Source: Cyanophyceae cyanobacterium
Lineage (GTDB): Bacteria; Cyanobacteriota; Cyanobacteriia; Cyanobacteriales; JBHJGN01
Assembly: GCA_050331735.1 (NCBI GenBank)
Contig: JBHJGN010000014.1
Span: forward strand, 1-64,000
Length of the DNA: 64,000 nt
Direction of reading: 5' to 3'
A model generated the notes under the pieces. It saw only the letters and a list, made by a program, of their open reading frames with translations. It was not told the origin of the DNA and searched no databases. Position 1 is the first letter of the stretch. Each line of letters opens with the position of its first letter. Made by a program: the position numbers and the translations under genes. Positions 1 through 8,651 of the stretch are shown here, in pieces.

Positions 1-1
1 A

Positions 2-124
2 CTACTAAAGACGGAGGGAACACCCGTCTCTGCTAGTGGAGGAAATGTCAGACCAACTCGCGGTCGCAAGACTAAGACAAGGCAATTTCCTGCGAAGCTA
101 GAAACCCCTGCTTCAACGAAGTAA
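2..124 (+). mobile_element. tnpB: 3' end of an IS200/IS605-family tnpB (RNA-guided endonuclease) ORF, truncated by the window edge
   Basis: Frame 2 reads LLKTEGTPVSASGGNVRPTRGRKTKTRQFPAKLETPASTK*, which resembles the C-terminal tail of cyanobacterial TnpB proteins. The stop codon overlaps a subterminal hairpin. Not in the ORF track. Confidence 0.75.
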
Positions 125-138
125 GCAGGGGTAGTTCA
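104..138 (+). mobile_element. IS200/IS605 right end: subterminal hairpin plus terminal TTCA
   Basis: Perfect 10-bp stem ACCCCTGCTT (104-113) / AAGCAGGGGT (123-132) with a 9-nt loop, followed by AGTTCA. This is the usual layout of an IS200/IS605 right end. Confidence 0.75.
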
Positions 139-256
139 TGAAGAATCAAAAGCTGTATCTTGCTCGATTGTCCTGTTGCTAAGCTTCAAACTCTCCGTGA
201 CTCATCCTAGAGGCAGTCATCCGCTACAATTTAGGCGCTATTGGTTGGAGATAAAA

Positions 257-2026
257 GTGCCTAGTCCTCAATCCCTGTTGCTCCAAGAGTATCGCAGCGA
301 TCGCCCGTTGAGAACTCTGTTTGCTCTCTATCGCCAAGACACGAAGAACCTGGGGTTATCGATGGGGTTATACGTCGTCAAGCATTCTCCAGAATGGCTG
401 CGTCCGCTGATTATCGCCAATGTCATCGATATTATTTCTCGTCCAGCGGCTCACTCTCTGTGGGAATTGGGGCTGAATGGAGCCGTTTTGGCGGCGGCGG
501 TGGTGCAGAATATCCCCACTCACTATTGGCACATTCGCCTGATGAGTCTTGCCACTCGCCGCATGGAAGTTAACCTTCGCTCCGCGATCGCCCGTCGCCT
601 TCAGGAACTTTCCATTGGGTTCTACCACCAAAACAGCACCGGAGCGCTCCAAAACAAGCTCATACACGATGTAGAAGCCATTGAAACCCTTACTAAGCAT
701 ATTTTTCAGTTTTTACCCTCTACGATTCTTACCATCGTCATTGCTGTTTCGGTCACTGCTGTACGCGCTCCTTGGTTTCTGCTGTTTTTTGTTGCCACAG
801 TGCCCATTGCGGCGGTGCTGATTCGGACCCTGAAAGCGCCCATTCGCGAGCGCAACCATCGCCTGCGTCAGCAGCTCGAAGGTATGTCCGCCCACCTGAT
901 AGAAATGATTAAGCTGCTGCCGATCACCCGTGCTCATGGGGTAGAAAGCACCGCCATCGAACAAACGGACCGCAGGCTGGTCGCGGTGCAGCAGGCAGCC
1001 ATGCGAGTAGACTCAATCAATGCGATTACGAACGCTTCTTCGTGGGTGATTCTGCGGCTGTTTGGCGGGATTTGCCTGATTGCGGCGGCTGTCCTCGTTT
1101 ACACTGGCAGACTGGGCTTAACGGTGGGAGACGTTGTGTTACTCACGGGGTATTTTGACTCTCTCACGGGCTCGGTTGTGCAAATCATGAACGTGCTGCC
1201 GCAGCTTGGTAAGGGGTTTGAGTCGATCCGCTCGATTGGAGAAGTATTAGAATGCCCGGATTTGGAGCTGAATCAGCACAAACTGCCGCTCCAGCAGGTC
1301 CGGGGCGAGTTTCAGTTTGAGTCGGTTAGCTATACCTACCCTGAGACGGAACGAAGGGCGATCGCTGATTTCTCGCTGCACGTTAGCGCTGGCGAAACCA
1401 TTGCCATTGTGGGACCATCGGGAGCCGGTAAATCGACGCTGTTGAACCTGATTATCGGGTTTCTGCGCCCGACGTCAGGGCAAATTCTGCTCGATGGTCG
1501 CCCGCTCAACGCTCTCGATTTAAGAACCTACCGCCGTTTCCTCTCCGTGGTGTCTCAAGAAACTCTGCTGTTTGAGGGCACAGTGCGAGACAATATTTCG
1601 TATGGGACGTTCAGCGTCAGCGAGCAACAGATACAGCAGGCAATTACAGATGCGAATGCCTTTGAATTTATTGCCAACCTGCCGCAAGGACTGAACACCC
1701 GCATCGGCGAGAACGGCGTCAAGCTTTCGGGCGGACAGCGACAGCGATTGGCGATCGCCCGCGCTTTAATTCGCGATCCTAAAGTGTTAATTCTTGATGA
1801 AGCCACCGCCTCTTTAGATACTGCTTCGGAAGTCCTGATTCAGGAAGCATTAGAACGCCTCATGAAGCATCGTACGACGTTTGTTGTCGCTCATCGTCTC
1901 TCTACCATTCGTCAAGCCGATCGCATCATCGTTCTAGCTCAAGGACGCATCGTTGAAATTGGCAGCCACCAACAACTGCTGGCCAATGAGGGCTTGTTTG
2001 CGAGGCTACATGCGTTGCAGACATAA
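257..2026 (+). CDS. ABC exporter, fused permease/ATPase (MsbA/HlyB-like)
   Basis: N-terminal TM domain, Walker A GPSGAGKST, signature LSGGQRQR, Walker B ILDEAT. GTG at 257 is preceded by GGAG, so it is preferred over the TTG at 176. Confidence 0.92.
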   Translation: MPSPQSLLLQEYRSDRPLRTLFALYRQDTKNLGLSMGLYVVKHSPEWLRPLIIANVIDIISRPAAHSLWELGLNGAVLAAAVVQNIPTHYWHIRLMSLATRRMEVNLRSAIARRLQELSIGFYHQNSTGALQNKLIHDVEAIETLTKHIFQFLPSTILTIVIAVSVTAVRAPWFLLFFVATVPIAAVLIRTLKAPIRERNHRLRQQLEGMSAHLIEMIKLLPITRAHGVESTAIEQTDRRLVAVQQAAMRVDSINAITNASSWVILRLFGGICLIAAAVLVYTGRLGLTVGDVVLLTGYFDSLTGSVVQIMNVLPQLGKGFESIRSIGEVLECPDLELNQHKLPLQQVRGEFQFESVSYTYPETERRAIADFSLHVSAGETIAIVGPSGAGKSTLLNLIIGFLRPTSGQILLDGRPLNALDLRTYRRFLSVVSQETLLFEGTVRDNISYGTFSVSEQQIQQAITDANAFEFIANLPQGLNTRIGENGVKLSGGQRQRLAIARALIRDPKVLILDEATASLDTASEVLIQEALERLMKHRTTFVVAHRLSTIRQADRIIVLAQGRIVEIGSHQQLLANEGLFARLHALQT

Positions 2027-2032
2027 CAAGCA

Positions 2033-2221
2033 GTCCCTGGCGGGACGGGGAAATCGCTTCGCGATGGGGAAAGGGGAAAGGGAAAACTGTCCCTGGCGGG
2101 ACGGAGAAAGGGGAAAAACGTCGCTTGGCGACGGGAAAAGAACACAGAACCAAGGAATAGACCAAATCTTACCTTTCCCCTTTCCCCGTTGCGGAGCAAC
2201 TTTGCCCGCGCCGCAGGCGCT
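2033..2221. repeat. Composite purine/pyrimidine-arm repeat with mini-hairpins, copy A
   Basis: GGGGAAA arm, core AAGAACACAGAACCAAGGAATAG, TTTCCCC arm. Hairpins at 2033, 2053, 2089, 2120, 2188 and 2208. Confidence 0.85.
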
Positions 2222-2441
2222 ATTCCTCTGCTTCATGCCAACTTGTCATCCGTAAATTTGATGAAGTTTAAGAAAAATGGCTGAGCAGTTTTCCGCAATG
2301 TTAGTGAAGTGAAGGCGATAGATTTTTTGTACTTTGAGGAGGAAGCTCTCAAGATAGCTGGATGCTTGTCTGAGAGCTTTATTGGTTAAGTTCTTTGTCT
2401 CTGTTGCTCTCAACTCTATCAATTTAACCAGAGCTGGTGGT

Positions 2442-3410
2442 ATGAACAACCTGGATAAAATGATGATGAATCTCGACCGAGAGTTGCAGAATTTTAAAGC
2501 GACTCTCGAAGTTGAGGGCCAAAGCTTTCAGCGCACTGTTACATTGCAGGACAATACCTATATCATTGGTCGGCATTCGAGCAGCTCGATTGTGCTTCCC
2601 TCTGGCCACATCTCTCGCTGTCACGCTACTTTGGTGCGAAAGTACGACAAGCTCAGTGGCTATCACTTCTGTGTTGTCGATGGAGATTTACAGGGGAACA
2701 GAAGCAGAAACGGATTATTAGTTAATCACAAAAAATGCTTTCTACACCAGCTTAAACACGGGGATATCATCAACTTCGGTTACGGCTTTAAAGCTCGCTA
2801 CCAAGTTGAGGAATCTAGCCAGCCTGCTCCTGCTATCATTAAACCGCCTGCCACTCCTGCGGCGGAACCCCTTGGAGCGGTGCTGCGAAAAGCCGATCTT
2901 ATTACTCCAGTACAGCTCGAAATTGCTCTGCAAGATCAAGAACAGTACAACGAGCTGCGTTTGGGAGAAATCTTAGCGTTACGGGGATGGATTAAGCAAG
3001 AAACAGCGGATTTTTTTGCCAGTCAGTGGCATCAAGTTCTTCATCAGGAAAAACGTCCCCTTGGCCACTATCTTAAGCAAGCCGCACTCCTCAATGATGC
3101 TCAGATTGAAGCCATCCTCACTGAACAGAAGCGTAGCGGCGTTCGCTTCGGTTCGCTTGCCTATCTTCAGGGATGGCTGAAGCAAGCAACTGTAGACTAT
3201 ATTGCCAATTCGTTAGCTCCAAGCGCCAGAAATTACCCAGTCGGTAAAACCCTTGAGCGCATTCTCAAAACTAGACAAATTACCCTCGAGCAGCAAAATT
3301 CACTCTCAGCACTGATGTTAGATTCTTCTCTGAGTGCTGCTGAGCAAACTCAAGTTCAAGAAATTCAGTTTCTGCTGTATAGCGGTCAGCTCAAAGTAGT
3401 TAAGCATTAG
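2442..3410 (+). CDS. FHA-domain protein with tandem MshEN-like (RLGxxL) motifs
   Basis: FHA motifs IIGRH, ISRCHA, SRNG. Followed by PLGAVL, RLGEIL, PLGHYL and RFGSLA repeats. Start is uncertain (ATG 2442 or 2460). Confidence 0.8.
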   Translation: MNNLDKMMMNLDRELQNFKATLEVEGQSFQRTVTLQDNTYIIGRHSSSSIVLPSGHISRCHATLVRKYDKLSGYHFCVVDGDLQGNRSRNGLLVNHKKCFLHQLKHGDIINFGYGFKARYQVEESSQPAPAIIKPPATPAAEPLGAVLRKADLITPVQLEIALQDQEQYNELRLGEILALRGWIKQETADFFASQWHQVLHQEKRPLGHYLKQAALLNDAQIEAILTEQKRSGVRFGSLAYLQGWLKQATVDYIANSLAPSARNYPVGKTLERILKTRQITLEQQNSLSALMLDSSLSAAEQTQVQEIQFLLYSGQLKVVKH

Positions 3411-3427
3411 TCATACGTCGCTTCTCT

Positions 3428-3540
3428 GCGGGGAAAGGGGAAAACAGTGACCAGCGATCAAGCCAACTAACTAATTTGATAACTGTTAAGCCCTCCCTTT
3501 TCCCCTTCCCCTTTGCCCTTTTCCCCACGCCGAAGGCGCT
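3428..3540. repeat. Composite repeat, degenerate copy, between convergent genes
   Basis: GGGGAAAGGGGAAAA arm, TTTTCCCCTTCCC arm and a CGCC-GAA-GGCG hairpin abutting the stop codon of the CAP gene. Confidence 0.65.
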
Positions 3541-5201
3541 TAAATGGCGGTTCCGGTTAAAGTGCCATCTTCTATCGCCAAAAAGTTAACGCTTTCGGTA
3601 GTGTGCCACGTTTCCCGATCTAGCGTTGTGTCTTCTTCTACTCTAATTCCGGCACTATTGGTGCTTAAATCAACATAGCGCAGTCCGGATGGATTGTCGC
3701 CATCATAGCTTCCGATGGAAGCGAACAACTGAGGCTCATCGCTAAAGTCGGCATTAAAGTTGAGAGTGTATTTCTGATGCGTGACGGCATCTGGGGTTGT
3801 TCCGGCTTGATAGTTCAGTCCGTTCCAGTTGCCAACTCCTGATTCCATTGCTAACCAGCCGACCGTTTCCGATTGATAGTCAGCGTCTTTTAAGGCCTCT
3901 CCTTGCTCTAAGGCGACGGCAAAATCATCTGCATCAACGTTGTTCAAACGAGTCCGCATCCAATCGGGATCGTTGGCTGTCTGCACCTGCGATAGTACTA
4001 CCGGAGTCTGGCTGAAGTTGTGGTCAAAAGCAATCGTCTGCCAGCCATCGCTCACGTTAGCATTGGTATTAACAGTACCAACTTCAAGCTTTGTGCCATC
4101 GTCGAGTTCCCAGTTGCCAGCTTCTAAAACTAAGTAGCTGAAGCTTTCATTGGCGTGCCGGCCATCTTTATCTTGAGGTTCTTGGAGATAAGCAGAAAAG
4201 CGATCGCTCTTGATATCGGTTATTCTGACAATCGCTGGCTCTCCCCCATTGCCAGACAAAGGCTGGGCAAACACGACGGGGTTTTCGTACTCGTGGTCGA
4301 GCCGGATGACTTGCTTGTTGTGGTTGAAGTTCTCCACCCGGCCCGCTTCCCCAATCGTCGTCTCCGCCGTTTGTAGGCTCTGGGGAGCTTGAGCTTGAAG
4401 GAGAGCTTGGCTGTTACTCAGGTCATCGGTCGCTAAATCGAGCTTAACGTTTTGGCTGTCAATATTAACCGAGAAACTTTCGTTGAAGCCACTGCCCAAA
4501 AACGATACTATGTAGTCTCCAGCTTCTAACTGCATCTGATAGCCGCCAGAGTCGTAGGTTGTGGTAGAAAACTGCTGACCGTCGGACTGACGTTTTGCCG
4601 TAATTCTGACATCATTGATGCCCTCACCAACGGTATAAAAATCATCGTCAACGATGGCATCATCGTAGACAACGCCTGTCAAAAAAGTAGACGAGCCAGA
4701 TTTGGCATAGTTTTGCGTCGCCATGACGGCGTTATACTCTTTGAATTTTCCTGTTGAAAGCCCAACGCCAATTTCTCGAAAGTCCTCCTGAAGAATATTC
4801 TTGCGATGACCAGAACTTTCAAATAAACTTTCGTGTAAACGAGTGACGTAGGCTTCTTGTTGTGGAGTCCCCGTTGTCCCTCGCCATGCAATGTTTTCTC
4901 CCCAGCGCGAACTGCCGTTAAATTCGTATCCGGCTGCTTCCATGCGATCGCCAGCATTGCTTCCTCCGGCTCCTTTGTGAGAGAATGTATTAGTGTTCAG
5001 CATCCACCGGCTGTGCTCTCGGGCCGCATCGATCAAATCGGTATTGAAAGCCAGTGGCGGCTTTGAAGTCCCGGAAATCGTTCCTGAAGAAAGTCCCTGA
5101 TTAAGACCAATATCAAACTGCTCCGCTTCCCCAGTCGGCTTACTGCGGGCGCGGTTAATCATTTCGAGCATGTACTGTTCGTAATCAGTGGGTTGAGTCA
5201 T
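3540..5201 (-). CDS. CAP/SCP-domain protein with an Ig-like linker and three C-terminal beta repeats (lectin-like)
   Basis: EQYMLEMINRAR, FSH, GENIA and GHRKNIL are CAP motifs. Three roughly 95-aa repeats end in E.(F/V).(Y/W/F)L..E.G. Confidence 0.8.
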   Translation of the reverse strand: MTQPTDYEQYMLEMINRARSKPTGEAEQFDIGLNQGLSSGTISGTSKPPLAFNTDLIDAAREHSRWMLNTNTFSHKGAGGSNAGDRMEAAGYEFNGSSRWGENIAWRGTTGTPQQEAYVTRLHESLFESSGHRKNILQEDFREIGVGLSTGKFKEYNAVMATQNYAKSGSSTFLTGVVYDDAIVDDDFYTVGEGINDVRITAKRQSDGQQFSTTTYDSGGYQMQLEAGDYIVSFLGSGFNESFSVNIDSQNVKLDLATDDLSNSQALLQAQAPQSLQTAETTIGEAGRVENFNHNKQVIRLDHEYENPVVFAQPLSGNGGEPAIVRITDIKSDRFSAYLQEPQDKDGRHANESFSYLVLEAGNWELDDGTKLEVGTVNTNANVSDGWQTIAFDHNFSQTPVVLSQVQTANDPDWMRTRLNNVDADDFAVALEQGEALKDADYQSETVGWLAMESGVGNWNGLNYQAGTTPDAVTHQKYTLNFNADFSDEPQLFASIGSYDGDNPSGLRYVDLSTNSAGIRVEEDTTLDRETWHTTESVNFLAIEDGTLTGTAI

Positions 5202-5638
5202 TGCACTAGCTTAAATTCAACAAAGATCCTGTATCCAAAGATGTAGATCCTCGGCAATCCTATAGTGTGATCGTAAAGAACCTGTGAAAGTTTGCTGGTC
5301 TTTTTTCCGACAAAAAGCAACAAAAAACGTCACATAGTCCGAAAAAATCTGAAATTGATTTTTTAATATGGGAGTGGTGATTTTAACGTTAGCCATCAGG
5401 CCATTTACCACTTCATGGGCGTTTTTAATCTCTGCTTTTTCTGCTCAGAATCAAAGGACCGGACAGCAGGAATCGCCCCCTCAACAGGCCCCTTCAACGG
5501 TCATCTATTGAGTGAGGCGGCTTGTGTTTAAGCTGTAACATCCGTGGCAGCTAGAATAAAGTCGAACGGTTATCCGTACTGCTAAGACATCAATACATTT
5601 GTCAAAATGGAGAGGAGAGAGTAAGATAGGTATCTTCC

Positions 5639-5929
5639 ATGACCATTTCAGTTAAATCTGTTTACAGCTGGTATCGCAACCTGCTCCGCAATCCTCAGTA
5701 TCGCTGGTGGGCTATTATTGGCACCTTGGTTTATTTAATTAGCCCGGTAGATGTCATTCCAGATATCATTCCCATTGCTGGCCAGCTCGACGATCTGATG
5801 ATTCTCACTCTATTTATGACTGAAGTTTCTCAGTTAGTGCTCGACTATGCCAAGTCGAATCAAGCCAATCGTTCTCCTGCTCAGAAGCAAAACGATACTG
5901 TAGAAGTAGAAGCAGTTCCCCTCGACTAG
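5639..5929 (+). CDS. YkvA/DUF1232-family membrane protein
   Basis: YLISPVDVIPDIIPIAGQLDD motif. Confidence 0.88.
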   Translation: MTISVKSVYSWYRNLLRNPQYRWWAIIGTLVYLISPVDVIPDIIPIAGQLDDLMILTLFMTEVSQLVLDYAKSNQANRSPAQKQNDTVEVEAVPLD

Positions 5930-6023
5930 CCGCTAGCTCTCGGTCAACAGCTAGTTATTGGTTCCCCAAATTACTGATAGCTAGCATCAGGTTTACAAGT
6001 ACAAATTTTTTTCAGAAAATTCA

Positions 6024-6716
6024 ATGCCAGAGCCTCAAAAAATCCTGCTGGTAGACGATGAACCGGGAGTCCGTGAATCTGTGCAAGCTTATCTTGAAGA
6101 TGACGAAGAACTCCAAGTCCAGACAGCGAGCAACGCGAATGAAGCTTGGAGCTTACTTCAGCAAGAACCTCCAGATTTGGTAATTTCCGACATTATGATG
6201 CCTCAGGTAGATGGCTATCAGTTTTTGCAAAAGCTGCGGGAAGACGCTCGCTTTCAGGCTCTGCCAGTGGTTTTTTTAACGGCCAGAGGCATGACGCTAG
6301 ACCGCATCGAAGGCTATAAGGCTGGCTGCGATGCCTATTTAGCGAAACCCTTTGAGCCAGAAGAATTAGAGGCAATTGTGAAAAATCTCCTGGAGCGCCG
6401 CAAGGTCAGTCAAGCCAGTGGTGAGGGGGCAACCTTGGAAGCAATTGCCCAGGAAATTAAAGAAATCAAAGATAAATTGGGTCAGCCGCCGAGTATAGCA
6501 ACCACTCCTTCCCCCATCAATGTTGAGTTAACGCCGCGCGAACAAAGCGTTTTAGATCTGGTGGCGGAGGGCTTAATGAACAAAGAAATTGCGCGGAGAT
6601 TAAACACAAGCGTTAGAAATGTTGAAAAATACGTTAGCCGCTTATTTAGCAAAACCGGCACCAATAGTCGCACTGAACTAGTCCGCTACGCCCTCAAACA
6701 CGGCTTAACTCAGTAG
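6024..6716 (+). CDS. ycf29: NarL/LuxR-family response regulator (Ycf29/Rre1-like)
   Basis: REC domain (VDDE, DIMMP, KPF) plus LuxR HTH (LTPREQSVL, GLMNKEIA, RNVEKYVSRLFSKTGTNSRTELVRYAL). Confidence 0.85.
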   Translation: MPEPQKILLVDDEPGVRESVQAYLEDDEELQVQTASNANEAWSLLQQEPPDLVISDIMMPQVDGYQFLQKLREDARFQALPVVFLTARGMTLDRIEGYKAGCDAYLAKPFEPEELEAIVKNLLERRKVSQASGEGATLEAIAQEIKEIKDKLGQPPSIATTPSPINVELTPREQSVLDLVAEGLMNKEIARRLNTSVRNVEKYVSRLFSKTGTNSRTELVRYALKHGLTQ

Positions 6717-6952
6717 CCCTGCGCCTCCCAGCGTAGCCGCTCTTGAAGGGCGTAAAGCCCTCGCTGATAGTTGTTCAGACATAATTAACGATCAACAAGC
6801 CAGAATCAGTCAGTTTGTGCCTGTTAAGTCTGATTTTAATATATTAAGATACGTCAATTTGAATGAAGAAAATTGAGGTTTCTGATTTGTTGCTGGAGAG
6901 ATTCGCTACTGTTATGAGTAATTACAACAAAACTATAAAAAAATAAGTAACA

Positions 6953-7063
6953 ATGAATACTCAAAAAACTCATCTTGGCGAATCAGTGGCTTTAGCACTC
7001 GTCCTGGCATTGATGAGCTTGGGCATTATTGCACTAATGACTTTTGAAAGTAGTGCTTTTTAA
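6953..7063 (+). CDS. Putative 36-aa single-TM small protein (not in the ORF track)
   Basis: MNTQKTHLGESVALALVLALMSLGIIALMTFESSAF*. About 19 consecutive hydrophobic residues, AT-rich upstream region, and a + strand terminator downstream. Confidence 0.5.
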   Translation: MNTQKTHLGESVALALVLALMSLGIIALMTFESSAF

Positions 7064-7104
7064 GATTTAAGTCATGAGAGAATGAATGTTTGCACTTAAA
7101 ACCT

Positions 7105-7137
7105 GAAGAGTCGCTCTTTCTGGGGGCGGCTTTTTCT
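7105..7137 (+). terminator. Intrinsic terminator
   Basis: GAAGAGTCGCTC / GGGCGGCTTTTT stem with G-U pairs that form only on the + strand RNA, followed by a U-tract. Confidence 0.6.
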
Positions 7138-7139
7138 TA

Positions 7140-7838
7140 TTAAATTCGTCGGAGTAAGCTACTGCCGTGGGTATCGGTGCCGCAAGTAGTCAGCAAGCCG
7201 TATTCCTGCGCTAGCTGGAGCGCGAGTTGAGTTTGCTGGCGACTAGGTTGCCAAGGTTTAGGGTTTCCATAGGCATAGTAAGCCTCTACTCCATCAATGC
7301 CTCGCCGTGCTGCTGCCGGAATCAGGCGCTCCGCCGACTGAGAGTAGCGGGAAGGATGGGCTAAAACAGCTAATCCACCAGCCTCGTGGATGGCGGCAAT
7401 CACTCGCTCGGCGCAAGAGGCTTCTCCGTGGGGGCGATCGCCCTGAAGATACGGCGTTAGAGCCTCACAATCTGGAGCGAAGGCATAGCCAAGTAGATGA
7501 ACTTCTGTTCCCTCTAAGTTAGACGTAATTTCTACTCCCGTCCAGAGATGAGGACCGTTCTTCCCCGCTGCCTCTAGCCAGCGACGGGCAGCGATGAAGC
7601 CGCGCACTGAATGGTGGTCGGTAATCGCTAGGCCCTGTAGACCAATCGTCAGAGCCTGCTCAATCAGAGCCTCAGGCGACAGTTGACCATCTGAACAGGA
7701 AGTATGCATGTGAAAATTGTAGCGAGAGGGACAGCTATCTGCTGCGACCGATTCCCAAACCCGCTTGAGAGCGAAAGCATCTTGGTCAGAAGTCAGAGGC
7801 CGCGAGCTGTCCGTCACCGGAGAGGAAGAAATCATCAT
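7140..7838 (-). CDS. PHP-domain metal-dependent phosphoesterase
   Basis: HMHTSCSDG, AITDHH, AHP and GTDTHG motifs. Confidence 0.9.
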   Translation of the reverse strand: MMISSSPVTDSSRPLTSDQDAFALKRVWESVAADSCPSRYNFHMHTSCSDGQLSPEALIEQALTIGLQGLAITDHHSVRGFIAARRWLEAAGKNGPHLWTGVEITSNLEGTEVHLLGYAFAPDCEALTPYLQGDRPHGEASCAERVIAAIHEAGGLAVLAHPSRYSQSAERLIPAAARRGIDGVEAYYAYGNPKPWQPSRQQTQLALQLAQEYGLLTTCGTDTHGSSLLRRI

Positions 7839-7979
7839 GTAGTATACCCAAATCCCTTAGCGAGAGATATAAACAAATCAGCTCCTTAGCCTTGGCCGAA
7901 GATGACTCCACTAAAAAATCTCAAATTGTTAACAACACCTTAGCAAAACTTAGCCATCCTTGCCCACTTACTTTTTTTT

Positions 7980-8510
7980 ATGCACTCTATTAGAAAAACT
8001 GTCCTGCAAAGTTTATTATTGGTGGTCTTCGGAGGAGCAGCCTGTCGACCTAGTCCGGTCACAAAAGTGGCGACGTCCTCAACTCAGTTAGCTCCGCCTC
8101 AATCCAGATCAACATCAAAACCGCTGTCAGAACCGTTACCCCCGGCTCAGATCCTCAATTTAGCTGCCAGTCATGCTAACGGGACGCGGCTACAGATAAC
8201 AAAAATTGCTTTTGCTCAAGACCACATTGTGCTGGAGATTTCCGTCACGAATGATTCCGAGACAGCGATCGCCCTTAACCAATCAGAAACAATCTTGCAA
8301 GACAATCTGGGCAATATTTATGAGATTATTCCTCCTCCGGAAAATCCGCGTTTGGAAATTCTTCCCGGAGAAACGATTAGCGGCACCCTGACTTTTTTAG
8401 GTCGGATCGCGCCTTCGGCAGCTTCCCTCAAGCTGATCGCGAACCAGAACGGCAGCAACAGCCACCAAGCCAGTAACCCGACAATCATTACCAATATCTT
8501 CATTCAATGA
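7980..8510 (+). CDS. Lipoprotein with an Ig-like (DUF4352-like) domain
   Basis: Lipobox GAAC after a hydrophobic stretch; LQDNLGNIY and ILPGETISGTLTF pattern. Confidence 0.6.
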   Translation: MHSIRKTVLQSLLLVVFGGAACRPSPVTKVATSSTQLAPPQSRSTSKPLSEPLPPAQILNLAASHANGTRLQITKIAFAQDHIVLEISVTNDSETAIALNQSETILQDNLGNIYEIIPPPENPRLEILPGETISGTLTFLGRIAPSAASLKLIANQNGSNSHQASNPTIITNIFIQ

Positions 8511-8651
8511 GCTTCTGCTAGCGCCAGTCTTCAAGAACCCGCCGTGGTTCTCAAGAAAAACTATAAAATTAAACTATCCACAGGATGCGACAGATTGCGG
8601 CTCACGATAGTGAGCTAATCAAGCGATTTTTTGCCCAAGCAAGGAGGATTT

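Noticed and set aside
1926..2255. Several short ORFs rich in GKGER/FPFP (similar ones near 15630, 25455, 26576, 35702 and 57555)
   Set aside because: They are translations of the composite repeats. Low-complexity arms lack stop codons, and there is no protein-like signal.
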